From: Caecitellus pseudoparvulus
Taxonomy: Eukaryota > Protista > Bigyra: Bicosoecida
Assembly: GCA_965644315.1 (NCBI GenBank)
Contig: CBFFRQ010000091.1
Span: forward strand, 1-64,000
Length of the DNA stretch: 64,000 bases
Reading direction: 5' to 3'
Position numbers and translations under genes: made by a program. The notes below the pieces were generated by a model. It had not been told where the DNA came from. It ran no database searches and saw only the letters and a list, made by a program, of their open reading frames with translations. This document shows, piece by piece, positions 30,886 to 43,024 of the stretch (its first letter is position 1; every line of letters starts with the position of its first letter).

Positions 30886-32478
30886 TTAATTGTCACTGCC
30901 ACCCCACTGTGGCAGGGAGCAGCCGCCGTCGCCGCCCTGCGCCACCAGGCGCCGCCAGCACTCGTGTGTCTCCGCCACCACCGCCATGGAGTGCGGCACA
31001 TCCAGCACGCGCCCGTCAAAGGCAAAGGCATTCAGGTCAGGCCACTTGTACAGCGCCAGCCAGCGGTGCGCCGCCGCCAGTGCGCCGGGCAGGTGCAGCT
31101 GCACATCCTGGCTGCAGCTCAGCATGCCGGACATGGGGTCAGTCACCGCCACAGTCAGCAGCTTCCAGTCCATCTCCCCGCCGTCCACCATGGCCAGCAT
31201 GCCCAGGGGCTTGACCCGCACGACGGCGCCGGTGGGCCACGGCCGCGCCCCCAGGTCCAGCACATCCAGGGGGTCGCCGTCCCCCCCCACACCCGTGTCG
31301 CCGTGCACGTGAGCGGGGTCCTCCCACGTCTGCGGCAGGAAGCCGTAGTTGAAGGGCATGTCCCCCCACGTGTACAGGCGCGGGCGGCCGCCCTTGGTGT
31401 CCACTGCCAGCGGGTTCCACGGTTCGTCCAGGGCGCACTCCACCTTGGCCCGGCTCCACTTGGGGATCTCCGTCACCATGTTCAGCGTGCCGTCGTGGTT
31501 CTGCGGAGGGGGGGGAGGGGGGGTGCCATGCACTGCCAGGCGCAGGGGCGGCGGCGGCGGCGGTGTGCGTACCAGGAGAGGGATGTCGTGCCACGGCGAG
31601 ATGCGGCGGGGCGCCCCGCTGCCCCCGTCCCCGACGTCCCGCACAGTCCACAGCCCCGTGCCCTTGCCCGTGGCGATGGGCCCTGCGTCCGTGCTGGGGG
31701 GGGGGTCTGCCCCCTGCAGGGTGCGGATGAGGGGGGGTAGGTCCGGGTCCCGACCCCCCCCCACGGGCCCGGCGGCATTGTCCCACTGAAGCCCCCGACC
31801 GGGGGGAGGAGGGGGGGCGCCGGGAGACAGGGCTGCGGCAGCTGCGACGGGGTCCCACGGCGAGGGGGGCTGGGGGGGTGGCAGGGGGGTCAGTGCCGTG
31901 CCGTGCCAGGTGGGCGGCAGCGCCCCCCCCTCCTCCTCCCCCTGCAGCCCCCCCCTCGCCACGTGGGCCATGCGCCAGCCCAGGGAGGGGAAGGCCCCCC
32001 CCACCTCCACCGCCGTCAGGCGCCCCAGGGCGGCGTTCCCCGCCAGCGCCGCCACATGCTGCACCCGTGACAGCAGCGCCTTGACGCTGCTCTGCAGGGC
32101 GGTATCGGCGCTGGGGTCCTCTGGCGCCGCCCCGTCAGGCAGAGACGCCCAGAACATCATGAAGTCGTCGTAGTGCAGTTCCTCGCCCCCGAACAGCGCC
32201 GTGAAGGCGGGCGCCAGGGCGTCGGCGTCAGCAGCCTCCTGCAGGCCACGCGCTGCGGCGGCCAGTGAGCGGGGAGTCACGACGCCGGTGGTCCGGCCCG
32301 CCAGCACGGAGAAGACGTGCTCGCCCTGCACCGTGTGGGCCCTGCTCACGGGGGGCGTCCCCGCATCTGCCTCGTGACTGGCCAGCCCCCGCGGTAGCGG
32401 CGCAGAGGGGGGGGGGCGTGCTCGAGCGGTGAGCCGGGCGGCACGCCGCACTGTGTGTGCGGCTCGAGCAAGGGCCAT
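30886..32478 (-). CDS. Family I soluble inorganic pyrophosphatase with long N-terminal extension (possible mitochondrial presequence)
   Basis: ISPWHDIPL, EIPKW, NYGFLPQTWEDP, GDGDPLDV, DGGEMDWK; start placed at MALARAA. Confidence 0.9.
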   Translation of the reverse strand: MALARAAHTVRRAARLTARARPPPSAPLPRGLASHEADAGTPPVSRAHTVQGEHVFSVLAGRTTGVVTPRSLAAAARGLQEAADADALAPAFTALFGGEELHYDDFMMFWASLPDGAAPEDPSADTALQSSVKALLSRVQHVAALAGNAALGRLTAVEVGGAFPSLGWRMAHVARGGLQGEEEGGALPPTWHGTALTPLPPPQPPSPWDPVAAAAALSPGAPPPPPGRGLQWDNAAGPVGGGRDPDLPPLIRTLQGADPPPSTDAGPIATGKGTGLWTVRDVGDGGSGAPRRISPWHDIPLLVRTPPPPPPLRLAVHGTPPPPPPQNHDGTLNMVTEIPKWSRAKVECALDEPWNPLAVDTKGGRPRLYTWGDMPFNYGFLPQTWEDPAHVHGDTGVGGDGDPLDVLDLGARPWPTGAVVRVKPLGMLAMVDGGEMDWKLLTVAVTDPMSGMLSCSQDVQLHLPGALAAAHRWLALYKWPDLNAFAFDGRVLDVPHSMAVVAETHECWRRLVAQGGDGGCSLPQWGGSDN

Positions 32479-32780
32479 GCAGTGCAGGCGAGGCGAGGGG
32501 AAGGGGGACCGCGGACAGGGGCCGTGTGTGGCACCGTGTCTACCCGCCGTGGCGTTCTGGGCGGAAGGAGGGGGTGTTGGATTTTGCGGCGTGCAGTGCA
32601 CTGCGGAAATCGCAGCAGCGCGTCAGGCGTGCGATCCCGGCACTCCGGGCGCAGAGGCCACGCTGCCGCACAATTCAACGCCAGCCCTGACAAGTTGGTA
32701 CCTCACATTGGCCGACACGCAGTGGGTGGTCACTGCCGCCGAGTGCTGTGTCGCGCAGGGAGGCCAGCCCGCCCAGCGCC

Positions 32781-34342
32781 ATGGTGCTGTCCCAATTCTT
32801 CATCCTGTCGCCGCGTGGCGACGCCATCATCTACAAGGACTTCCGCGGCGAGTGCGACAAGGACACGTCCAACGTCTTCTTCCGCAAGGTCAAGCTGTGG
32901 AAGGGCGACGCGCCGCCCGTGTTTGTGCGTGGGCAGCAGCTTCGTTGGCGGCCGGCGTGGTGCAGTGCACCAGCGCGGGCACGCGGCTCCCTGCTCACCC
33001 CTGCACGGCGCGCTGCTGCGCCGCTGCACAGGAGGTGGACGGCACACACTTCCTGCACATCAAGCGTGGTGGGCTGCTGTTCCTGGTGACGACCAAGGTG
33101 CGCTCCGGAGCAGAGTGGCGTGCAGCGCAGGGCGCCCACACCCACGCCCCCCCTCCCTGGCCGCCACAGTTCAATGTCTCCCCCGCCTTCACCCTGGAGT
33201 TGCTGGACCGCACGACGAAGGTGTTCAAGGACTACTGCGGCGTGTTGACGGAGGAGAGCATCCGCAAGAACTTCATCCTGGTGTACGAGCTGCTGGACGA
33301 GATGGTAGATGACGGGCACGTGCAGGGCACCAGCAGCGACCTGCTGAAGAGCCACGTGCACAACGAGCCAGTGGCGGTGGCGGCGGCCGCCTCCAAGGGC
33401 GCCGGCCTGCGCTTCGGCGCCTCCAAGACCGTCTCCGCGTCCGCCGTGCAGCGCCCCATCAGCATCATGGCCACCAGCAAGGGCAAGAAGAACGAAATTT
33501 TCGTGGACGTCCTGGAGCGCCTCACAGTGCTGTTCAACTCGTCGGGGTACATGATCAACTCCTCCATCGACGGCTGCATCCAGATGAAGAGCTACCTGTC
33601 GGGGAACCCCCCCCTGCGCCTGGCCCTGAACGAGGACCTGCAGGTTGGTAAAGACACCGCTGGCGGGTACGGCACGGGCGTCGTGCTGGATGACTGCAAC
33701 TTCCACGAGTGCGTGGACGTGTCCGAGTTCGACTCGGACCGGTGCCTGTCCCTGAAGCCGCCCGACGGCGAGTTCGTCGTCATGAACTACCGCATGACCT
33801 CTGACTTCCGCGCGCCCTTCCGCGTGACACCCATCGTGGAGGAGGTGTCCGCCACCAAGCTGGAGCTGGTGCTGAAGGTGCGCGCCGACATCCCCAGCCG
33901 CAACTACGGCGCCAACGTCACCGTGCGCTTCCCCACGCCCCGCGCCGCCACGTCTGTGAAGCCCGTCCTGGCCCCTGCCACGGGCACCAAGACGTCATCC
34001 ACCGCCGTCGCGGCTGCCGCGGCGGGGTCGGGCGGCGGCGGCGCAGCGGGGGGGCAGGTGGCGGAGTACTTGGCGAAGGAGAAGGAGGTGGCGTGGCAGA
34101 TCAAGAAGCTGCAGGGGGGCACGGAGGCCACCCTGCGCACGAAGATCTCCCTGCCACACGGATCGGGTGGGAGCGCCCGCAAGGAGCTGGGCCCCATCAC
34201 ACTCTCCTTCGAGGTGCCCATGTACAACGTCAGCAACGTGAACGTGCGGTACCTGCGCATTGCAGAGGCCTCCAAGAGCTACAAGCCCCAGCGCTGGGTG
34301 CGGTACGTCACGCAGAGCAGCAGCTACGTCAGCCGGCTGTGA
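32781..34342 (+). CDS. AP4M1: AP-4 complex subunit mu (introns 32925-33031, 33098-33169)
   Basis: MVLSQFFILSPRGD, FFRKVKLW, RKNFILVYELLDE, NEIFVDVLER, LDDCNFH, PPDGEF, RWVRYVTQSSSY; GT-AG introns restore the frame. Confidence 0.92.
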
Positions 34343-34450
34343 GGGAGGGGGGGGGTTGAGCAATGCACCCACTGCGGCAGCGGCGTCACTTTCCACGAGA
34401 AACGCCTCCGTCCCCCGCTTGCCCCCGCAACGGTCTGCACTGTGCCAACC

Positions 34451-36265
34451 ATGCTGACTTCCGCCATCTCCCGCACCGTCGGCGCAGCGGGCAGGGCCGG
34501 CGCCCTGTCTGCTGCTGCCCGGGCCATGTCCACTTCTGCCGTGCGTGCGCGAGGGCTTGGTGCCGGGGCAGGCTGTGCAGTGCACACACACATGGTCCCT
34601 GCTCACGCCACAGCCCACGACGAAGATGTACATCAACGGCGAGTTCGTGGACAGTGTGTCGGACAAGAAGATCCCCATTCACAACCCCGTGCGTGGTGCC
34701 GGCGCAGGTGCAGTGCACTTGGGCGCCACCACCACCCCCCCCCCCCCCACACGCCACTCCACCTGCCCACCTCAGGCCACCAACGAAGTCATCGGGTACA
34801 CGCCTGAGAGCACGCAGAGTGAGGTGCGTCGTGCACCTGCGCGCCTGCCCAAAGCAGCCGCCATCGCGCTCCCTTCCCTCACGCCCCGCAGATGGAGTCG
34901 GCAGTGGAGGCAGCGGCGGCCGCCTTCCCTGCCTGGCGCGACACGCCCGTGCAGACGCGCGTGCGGGTGTACCTCAAGTACCAGCAGCTCATCCGGGAGC
35001 ACATGGACGAGGTGGCAGCCCTCATCACGGCAGAGCAGGGCAAGACGCTGGCTGACGCGCGCGGGGACGTCTTCCGGGGGCTGGAGGTGGTGGAGCACAC
35101 CTGCTCGGCAGCCACCCTGACCATGGGGGAGACGCAGGAGAACCTGGCGCAGTACGTGGACACGTACTCCTACCGCCAGCCGCTGGGCGTGTGTGCCGGC
35201 ATCACGCCCTTCAACTTCCCCGCCATGATCCCCCTGTGGATGTTCCCCCTGGCCACCGCCTGCGGCAACACGTACGTCATGAAGCCGTCTGAGCGGGACC
35301 CCGGCGCCACCATGCGCCTGGTGGAGCTGGCGGAGGAGGCGGGCCTGCCCCGCGGCGTCCTGAACGTCATCCACGGCGGGCACGACGCCGTGAACTTCGT
35401 CTGCGACGCGCCCGACATCAAGGCCGTCTCGTTCGTGGGCGGCAACGCGGCGGGAGAGCACATCTTTGCGCGGGGCACGGCCACCGGCAAGCGCGTGCAG
35501 AGCAACATGGGCGCCAAGAACCACGGCGTCATCATGCCGGACGCCGACAAGGAGACGGTGCTGAACGCGCTGGTGGGGTCGGCCTTTGGCGCGGCGGGGC
35601 AGCGGTGCATGGCCCTGTCCACGGCCGTGTTCGTGGGGGAGACGGTGGAGTGGATCCCCGAGATCGCCGAGCGCGCCGCGGCGCTCAAGGTGGGCCCCGG
35701 CACGGAGGAGGGCGTGGACGTGGGGCCCATGATTTCCCCTGCCGCCCTGGCCCGGGCGAAGGACCTCATCCAGGCGGGTGTGGACGGCGGCGCGGAGCTG
35801 CTGCTGGACGGGCGGGGCGTCGTGGTGCCGGGGTACGAGGGCGGCAACTGGCTGGGCCCCACCCTGCTGCGTGGCGTGGCGCCGGGCAACCCCGCGTACG
35901 ACCAGGAGATCTTCGGGCCCGTCCTCGTCACGACGGCGGTGGACAGCCTGGAGGGCGCCCTGGACCTCATCGCCGGCAACCCGTACGGGAACGGCTGCGC
36001 CATCTTCACCAAGGACGGCGCCGTGGCGCGCAAGTTCCAGCACGAGGTGGCCTGTGGCCAGGTGGGCGTGAACGTGCCCATCCCCGTGCCGCTGCCCTTC
36101 TTCTCCTTCACCGGCTCCCGCGGCTCCTTCCGTGGGGACGTCAACTTCTACGGCAAGGACGGCGCGCGCTTCTTCACGCAGACCAAGACCATCACCTCTG
36201 CCTGGCGCTACGACCAGAGCAGCGTCGGCCTGTCCACGTCTATGCCCCTGCTGGGCGGCAAGTGA
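34451..36265 (+). CDS. ALDH6A1: Methylmalonate-semialdehyde dehydrogenase (introns 34541-34613, 34689-34775, 34824-34891)
   Basis: [60 protein letters not shown]; mitochondrial-type presequence. Confidence 0.95.
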
Positions 36266-36293
36266 GCCACCGCGCAGGCGCCCAATGCATTGC

Positions 36294-39200
36294 TCAGGCA
36301 CTGCCCGCCGCCGCCCCCGCCAGCGCCTCCGCCACCACGGCCCGCGCTGTGGTGTCGTCGGCAGCCTCTTGCCGTGCCCGCGTCGCCCGGTCGTGCACGT
36401 GGCAGAAGATGTCGAACAGCTCCCCCGGCGCCTTCTCCGTCAGCAGGTCCTGCACGAACTGCCGCTGGCCCTGGTCCCAGGAGATGGTGCCGGGGGGCAT
36501 GGTGCCTGCCCGCAGGCTGGCCCACACGGCCGCCTCCAGCTGTGCCGCCGGCACCACGTCAGCCAGGCTCAGCCACACGTCGGAGAGGGGGGACTCGTAC
36601 CGCCGCAGGACCTGCTCCGGCACGCCCCCCATGACGGCAGACAGGAGGATGTCCACCAGCTGGGGGGCCAGGGGCTGCAGCACCGCCCACAGGGCCCCCG
36701 CCTGCGCACTGGTGTCGCCGCCCAGCGCCTTGTCCAGGTGGATGGAGAGGAAGTTGCACCAGAAGGCGCACACCTCCCGCCCCAGCGTCTGGTCCGCCGT
36801 CAGCAGGCACACCATGGCGAAGTTCAGGGCGGTGCTGATGCTGGGCGCAGACAGGTATGCCCGGGGGCAGGACAGGGTGGCCTGGCTGTGCACGCGCAGC
36901 AGGTCCCCCGCCACGTCCGGGTGGCAGTTGATGCGCAGGAGGCCGCCCGCGACGGCTGCCCGCGTGGCGGGGTCCAGGCACATGGCCCCCACTTGCACCT
37001 CCCGCAGGGCGTTCACGGGGTCCGCCGCCACGCCGTCAGCCAGCTCCGCCGCCACGCCGTCAGCCAGGGGCAGCAGGGGTAGCAGCGCGGCGCACCGGGT
37101 TGTCAGGCGCTCCACGAGGGCCATGAAGAAGGGCGCCGTGTCCGCCACTCCGCCGAAGCGCGACATGAGGGAGGCACAGAGGTGCACGAAGCCCATGGGC
37201 ACGAGCAGGGGCGCCTCGGGGTGCACCAGGGGCGACGTCAGGCGCAGCAGGGTGACGGCGTCGGCGTCGGGGGGCACGGGCACGAGGGCCCTCAGGCGGT
37301 CTTCACCCCCCAGCTTGGCCAGGTGCCCCTGCACCGTCAGTGCCACGCCGTCGTCCACGCGCTGGGCGGCGAACTGCAGCACCGCCTCCAGGACACAGCC
37401 CCCCCCCTTGTTGGCGCCAATGACGCAGTGCTTGATGAGGCGGGCCAGGTCCTCCTGCACCTCCGTGCTGGGGGCGCAGCCCTGCCCCACCGCCTGCAGC
37501 AGGGGCCACACCTCCTGCAGCGCGTCCAGCGCGGGGTGCTTGGGGCCGCTGTGCCCCTGCACCGTCAGCGTCATGCGGTACGGCTGGAACTCGTCGCTGC
37601 GGCTGACCTCGATCACCACCGCGCACATGCGGCGCAAGCAGTCCACCACCCGCTCACACAGCGCCGGGGACAGCGCGCTCACGCTGCGAAGGTCCCCCTC
37701 CCCGCCACCACCCAGCGCACTCAGCGCGCTCTGTGGCGTGCCCAGCGCCACAGCCGACGCGAGGGGAGCGCGCACGATGTCCCGCAGGGCCGCCACAGGC
37801 GGCTGCAGCAGGGCCATGAAGGCTTCCCGCTGGGCTACTTCGCCCTCCCGAGCGATGGCCAGGCGCGCAGCGGCCCGGGTGAGGTACTCATGGCGCCCCA
37901 GTGGCACCGCGGCCGCGAGAGGGGCCAGCGTGGTCAGGGCGTCGGGGGGCAGTTGCCGCCCCGCATCAATGGCCAGGTCCAAGCAGGCGGCACAGGCGGC
38001 CTTGAAGAAGGGCACGGTGTCCGCCGCCGACGCGCCGGCAGCCTGGATAAGGGACAAGGCATGCAGGACCAGGCCCCAGCACTCGTGCAGGGGGGCGGGG
38101 TCCCCCCCCACCGCCCGCCGCGCCAGCCACCGCGAGCCCGCACCCACCAGCCCGAACACCGCCTGCAGCATGCGGGGGTGGGAGGGCAGCGACGCCAGCA
38201 CCCGCTGCCGCAGCAGGCGGGGCATGACGCTGTCCTCTGTCAGCGGCAGCTGCCGCAGGATGTGCTGCAGCGCGAACACCGCCACCTCCACCGCCTGCCA
38301 GGACCCGGGATTCAGCCGCAGGGGCGTGGCCTCCGCCGCCGCCGCCAGCCCCGCGTCACCCTTGCTGGCCACCGCTGCGAGGGCTTGGTCTCGCGGGGCG
38401 TCAGGTGACACGGAGCCCACCGCCCCCGCCAGGGCCACCTGCTGCTCCAGGAACGCCACCACGACGCCCAGCACGTGCTGCACGTCTGCCACGCGGCAGC
38501 AGTCCACCAGGATGTCCCTGTGGCTCAGGCGTGCCTCCAGAATGAAGTCCTTCTGCACATCTGCCGGCTCGCTATCCCACCCCCTGCAGCAGGCAGCCAC
38601 GCCCAGCATGTCCCTGGCCAGGCGCAGGGCGATGGGCGCCAGCAGCGGCCGCCGCCCGTTCATGTCCTTGGCGCTCAGGCGGCTGAACTCGGCGCCCAGC
38701 GCGTTCCAGAACTCCAGAACTTGCCGGGAAATGTCGTCGTCCTCCGCCGCCAGCGGCGCCAGGCACACGTCGCACACTGCCGTGACGTCCCCGCCGTTGG
38801 CCGTGGACAGGATGAAGGGGACAAAGGCCACGCCCAGGGCGTTGAAGATGCGTGCCAGGCCCACGGCGCTCTCGACGTCTTCCCGACCCATGGCGGCGGT
38901 GAAGGCGGGGCCCAGCGCCAGCACCTGCGGCACGATGTGGCCGATCATGGCCGCATCCCGCTCGGGGTCCCTGTACCGGTGCAACATGTCAATGATGACG
39001 CTGACACAGGCGTCGAAGAGGCTGGGCGAGGCGAGGGCTGCGAACACCGCTGCAGGCAGGGCACTGCCGGCCAGTACGTCAGGCGGCATGTCTGCGTACT
39101 GCACCCACTCCCCCAGGCACTCCAGGCAGGCGGTGGCCAGGGTGGCATCCCCCCCCACGGCCGCAAAGGCGCCTTCCAGGACACGGCAGACCAGGGGCGT

Positions 39201-39821
39201 GTCACGCGCCAGCTGCCGCGAGAGGGCTTCCTTGGCGTCGGGGTGGGGGCCTGTCCGCCGCACGCCGCACTCGAAGGGCAAGTCGCGTAATACGGTGACC
39301 AGCCCCGGCACGCCTGCCGCCTGCAGCGTCACGGCGCCGCCGCCCCCCGCCACCCCCCCAAACAACTCCACCAAACTCGCCACGACGTTCGGCCACTGCT
39401 GACTCAACTGCACCGCCAGTGCAGCCACAGTCGCACCCAGCGACCGCCGGGCCACCCGCAGCTGAGGGTGGGCGCACGCCGCCGCCAGGGACCGCAGCAC
39501 CCGCCCCCGCAACTCCAGCAGCTGCGCGGGGGTCATGTCAGCGGCGTCGAAGCGCACCTTCTCATGCAGGGTGTTCCCCGCGAACAGCAGCAGGACGGGG
39601 CTGTTGGCCTGCGTCGGCGCCGCCACGGTGGCGTCCAGCAGGGCCAGCGCCACGCTCCACGCGCTGGCCTCCTGCCGAAACTTGCGCAGGGTCATCTCGA
39701 TGGCTTTGCGCCGCGCATTGCCGCACTGCCCAGAGCTCGCCTGCACCACCAGGCTACTCATGGTCTGCACATGCTGCTGCAGGGTGGACCCTTGCGGCCC
39801 GGCCTGGCCGCCCGTCGCCAT
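36294..39821 (-). CDS. Transportin-3/importin-13-like karyopherin beta
   Basis: Importin-beta N-terminal pattern (FRQEASAW...LFAGNTLHEKVRFD), QQWPNVV, HEAT-like helices; start placed at MATGG. Confidence 0.8.
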   Translation of the reverse strand: MATGGQAGPQGSTLQQHVQTMSSLVVQASSGQCGNARRKAIEMTLRKFRQEASAWSVALALLDATVAAPTQANSPVLLLFAGNTLHEKVRFDAADMTPAQLLELRGRVLRSLAAACAHPQLRVARRSLGATVAALAVQLSQQWPNVVASLVELFGGVAGGGGAVTLQAAGVPGLVTVLRDLPFECGVRRTGPHPDAKEALSRQLARDTPLVCRVLEGAFAAVGGDATLATACLECLGEWVQYADMPPDVLAGSALPAAVFAALASPSLFDACVSVIIDMLHRYRDPERDAAMIGHIVPQVLALGPAFTAAMGREDVESAVGLARIFNALGVAFVPFILSTANGGDVTAVCDVCLAPLAAEDDDISRQVLEFWNALGAEFSRLSAKDMNGRRPLLAPIALRLARDMLGVAACCRGWDSEPADVQKDFILEARLSHRDILVDCCRVADVQHVLGVVVAFLEQQVALAGAVGSVSPDAPRDQALAAVASKGDAGLAAAAEATPLRLNPGSWQAVEVAVFALQHILRQLPLTEDSVMPRLLRQRVLASLPSHPRMLQAVFGLVGAGSRWLARRAVGGDPAPLHECWGLVLHALSLIQAAGASAADTVPFFKAACAACLDLAIDAGRQLPPDALTTLAPLAAAVPLGRHEYLTRAAARLAIAREGEVAQREAFMALLQPPVAALRDIVRAPLASAVALGTPQSALSALGGGGEGDLRSVSALSPALCERVVDCLRRMCAVVIEVSRSDEFQPYRMTLTVQGHSGPKHPALDALQEVWPLLQAVGQGCAPSTEVQEDLARLIKHCVIGANKGGGCVLEAVLQFAAQRVDDGVALTVQGHLAKLGGEDRLRALVPVPPDADAVTLLRLTSPLVHPEAPLLVPMGFVHLCASLMSRFGGVADTAPFFMALVERLTTRCAALLPLLPLADGVAAELADGVAADPVNALREVQVGAMCLDPATRAAVAGGLLRINCHPDVAGDLLRVHSQATLSCPRAYLSAPSISTALNFAMVCLLTADQTLGREVCAFWCNFLSIHLDKALGGDTSAQAGALWAVLQPLAPQLVDILLSAVMGGVPEQVLRRYESPLSDVWLSLADVVPAAQLEAAVWASLRAGTMPPGTISWDQGQRQFVQDLLTEKAPGELFDIFCHVHDRATRARQEAADDTTARAVVAEALAGAAAGSA

Positions 39822-40340
39822 GGCAGTGCCTGTGCAGGGCGAGTGGCGTTTCGTTCCCGTAACGCCAGCGGCCACGCGAGACCGGCGCAGCCCCCCCCCG
39901 CCACGCCGAGCAACTGCAGGCAGTCCCACTGCACATACCTTTTTGAAAGCTCTCCCGCTGTCGGTGCCGTCACACCTGTGTGGCGCCAAGCAGCTCCCCC
40001 AACCCAGCTCACTGACGCCGCGGCGGCAGCTGCCGAGCACTGGCTTCAGCGCCTGCCGCGGCAGCAGGCGGCGAGCACCACGGAGCTGCTGCAGGCACAC
40101 GCACGCGTGCCCCTTATGGCACACTCTGCTTGCACTCCCAGGCTCTGCGGTTGAGCGTGGAGTGTGGAAAGTGCGGCGGTGCGCCAACACCCACACACAC
40201 CCCAGGTGGCACACCCCCCTCCCCCGCCACTTTCCACGCCCTCCCCAACGTGCACATCGCCACAGGCCCACGCCGCATGCACGTGCCGGTGCCCCCCCCG
40301 CCCTGCCCGCCCTCATTGCCTGACACCCTGCCCACGCACC

Positions 40341-40983
40341 ATGGCTGCCTCACTCGGCAAAGTCCGCTTCGACTACGTGCACGAGCGCAACATCGGCAGC
40401 GTGAAGAAGCTGCTGCAGGTGACACTGCCCATCGAGTACCCGGCGTCCTTCTATGACGCCCTCGTAGCCAGCCCGCAGGATTTGACACAGCTGGGTGCGG
40501 CCGCTCAATTTCCGCGCTGCGCCGCAGCCCGCGCTGACGCCCCGTCGCCCCACACCGTGCAGTGTTCTTCAACGAAGTCCTCGTGGGCGTCGTCGGCTGC
40601 AAGGTGGAGGCGTTGGACGGCGTGGAGGAGGGCGCCGTCGCTGACAAGCAGCTGTACATTGCCGCCATGGCCATCCTGCCCGCCTACCGTGACATGGGCC
40701 TGGGTGCGTGCACGCACACCTGCCCCCTGCCGCCACACCCATGCCACACGCCACACGCCCCCCCCCTGCCCTGTCCCCAGGCACCAAGGCCCTCGCACAC
40801 GTGCTGGCCAACGCCAAGAGCCATAAGGACCTGGCCAAGGCCTACCTGCACGTGCACGCGGGGAACGCCGAGGCGCAGAAGTTCTACAAGGCGGGGGGCT
40901 TCACAGAGGAGGGCAGCGTGCCAGGGTACTTCCCTCGCCTGACCCCCCCCGACGCCCTCATCCTGTCTCAGCCTCTGCAGTAG
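40341..40983 (+). CDS. NAA50: N-alpha-acetyltransferase 50-like GNAT (2 introns)
   Basis: NIGSVKKL...LPIEYPASFY, LYIAAMAILPAYRDMGLG, YLHVHAGN..A.KFY, YFPRLTPPDA split over three exons. Confidence 0.85.
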
Positions 40984-40989
40984 GTGCCC

Positions 40990-41288
40990 TCACCGCCGGG
41001 ACACGCCGTTGGCTACGGTGTACTGTAGCTCAGCGTGAGAGCGGCGTGACGTGCCCATGATGGCAGAGGGCGCGCTGGCCCGCTTGCTGTGTTGCTGCCG
41101 CCCCATGCTGCCAGTCTCCTGCGCATGCAGCGGGGAGGGGCCGTGCTGCAGCACACCTGCCACCACGCAATGCACCCGCTGCTCACGTTGTATGCGCCTG
41201 GCCCCGGCGTCACGTTGCGCTCTTGTAGAGATGTGTACCGTGGCGAGGTACCAAAGGTTGCGGCGGGGTTCGTGCGTTTCGTGGACAT
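40990..41288 (-). CDS. Possible small PG-rich repeat (SHIPPO/ODF3-like) protein, spliced; boundaries uncertain
   Basis: ATFGTSPR...TPGPGAYNV and SAIMGTSRR motifs in two frames. Confidence 0.35.
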
Positions 41289-41702
41289 GGTCTGCCTGGG
41301 CGGTGTGCAGGGGCGGGGACGGCGTGGCGCGCAGCTGCAGGCGCACAGCGCGGAATTTGACACCGCTCACTTTCGAATGCTGCCGACGCAGTTGTAGTGC
41401 GCAGGGCCCGGACGGGTCGTGCGTGACCAGCTGGCAGAGACAGCCCCCCTGCTCTTGACGGGCTGCAGGGGACCTGCGGAGAGGTGGGCGCCGCGCTGTG
41501 CTGCACGGCACTTGTGCTGTGACTCGCCGGCGCCGCCACGCACCCATGAAAGGCTTGTCTTCCGCGGCCGCCATGGCCCAGTGCAATGGCAAACGGCGTG
41601 CAGTGGCCCTGCTGAAGTGGAATGGACACCCCCATGTTGCGCTGCATTTAGGCAGTCATCAGTTTTGCACGAGCGGCACTCGCTGCACTGGCGTGGTGTG
41701 GC

Positions 41703-43024
41703 TCACGCGTGTGCCGCGGCAGCCAGCAACGCCGCGACGACCCGTCGGTCCCCCGTGGACCCCGTCACCGGCCGCACGATGGTGGACCCTGGCGTGCCGC
41801 TGTCTGGCGCTGACGGACTGCTGTCCCCCTGGGAGCTGCTGCCACCGCCCTCCGACGTGCCAGCCTTGGGCGTGGTGATGGCCATGCCCCCCGTGACGGG
41901 GTCCATGATCTCCGCGGGGTCCGCCAGGGTGTAGTTGCCCAGCACAGAGCAGTAGTCCCCCGCGAACTCCGTGCGGCTCTTGGCCGTCAGCACGTACTGC
42001 TTGGCGGCGGCGGGGTGGTCGTCCGGCAGTGGCGGCGCGACGAGGGAGTGAAAGGGCATGTCCGCGACGCCTTCCAGCCCCGCCTTGTCAGCGAACAGCG
42101 TGACGCTGTACCGCGCAGGCATGAACACGCCCAGCACCGCACGCAGCAGGGGCGTGTAGGTGCTGGTGGTCACATTCGTCTCAAAGCTGGCGTACGAGCA
42201 GTGGCTTTCGGGGGTCACGTGGATGGTCCAGTACGCCTCCCCCAGCAGCCCGTTCATGCTGTAGCCGCAGGGCTGGAAGAGGACGTCTTGGATGGTGGAC
42301 CCCGGCAGCAGCGTGTCGATGCGGGTGAGGGATGTCACCTCCGCCGCAGTCAGGGTCCGCCCCTCGTACTGTTCCTGGAACATGGCCGCCACGCCCGGGT
42401 CGATGTCGTACATCATCACGTTCAGGGTGCAGTCAGTGCTCTCCGCCGACGGCCGCTCGCAGTAGTCCGCCACGAACACCATCCAGTGGTCCCCCGTGAT
42501 GGGGCCCAGGACGTACGCAGAACCCTGTGGGTGCGCCGCCTGCAGGAAGGACACCTCCTCCTGGATGCCCCGGTGGGGGAACTTCTGCTCCGCGGGGAAG
42601 CTGAAGTCCTTGCGGGAGAAGGCCAGCCACTCGATGTCCATGCCCAGTTCCTGAGCGGGGGAGGAGGGGGGGAGGGTGTGTGGCACGCCCGGCGATGGTC
42701 ACCCGTGGCGCGTCGCCTGCTCACCTTGATGCGGCGCTCCACGTGGGGCAGCATGGCTAGCAGGGTCGTCGTGCCACAGGTCTTGATGATGACCTTGTGG
42801 CGGTACACGAACATGCTGCTCTCGCTCAGCACGTACGAGTGGAAGTGCTCGTTCGTGACGATGGACAGCACGCCACACGCGGCGTGCTTCAGCATGCCCT
42901 TCCACTCGTCGCTGGGAATGGCGAAGAGGCCTTCCTCGGGCCCCTTGCCCGGGACAAAGTCCAGCTCCAGGACCTTCTCTGGGCCCTCAAAGCCCACGGG
43001 GGGCGCGCTCGTGCCGCTGGCCAT
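41703..43024 (-). CDS. AMD1: S-adenosylmethionine decarboxylase proenzyme (1 intron, ~42652-42725)
   Basis: GFEGPEK, YVLSESSMFV, KTCGTT, PCGYSMNG, TIHVTPE, SYASFETN. Confidence 0.95.
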
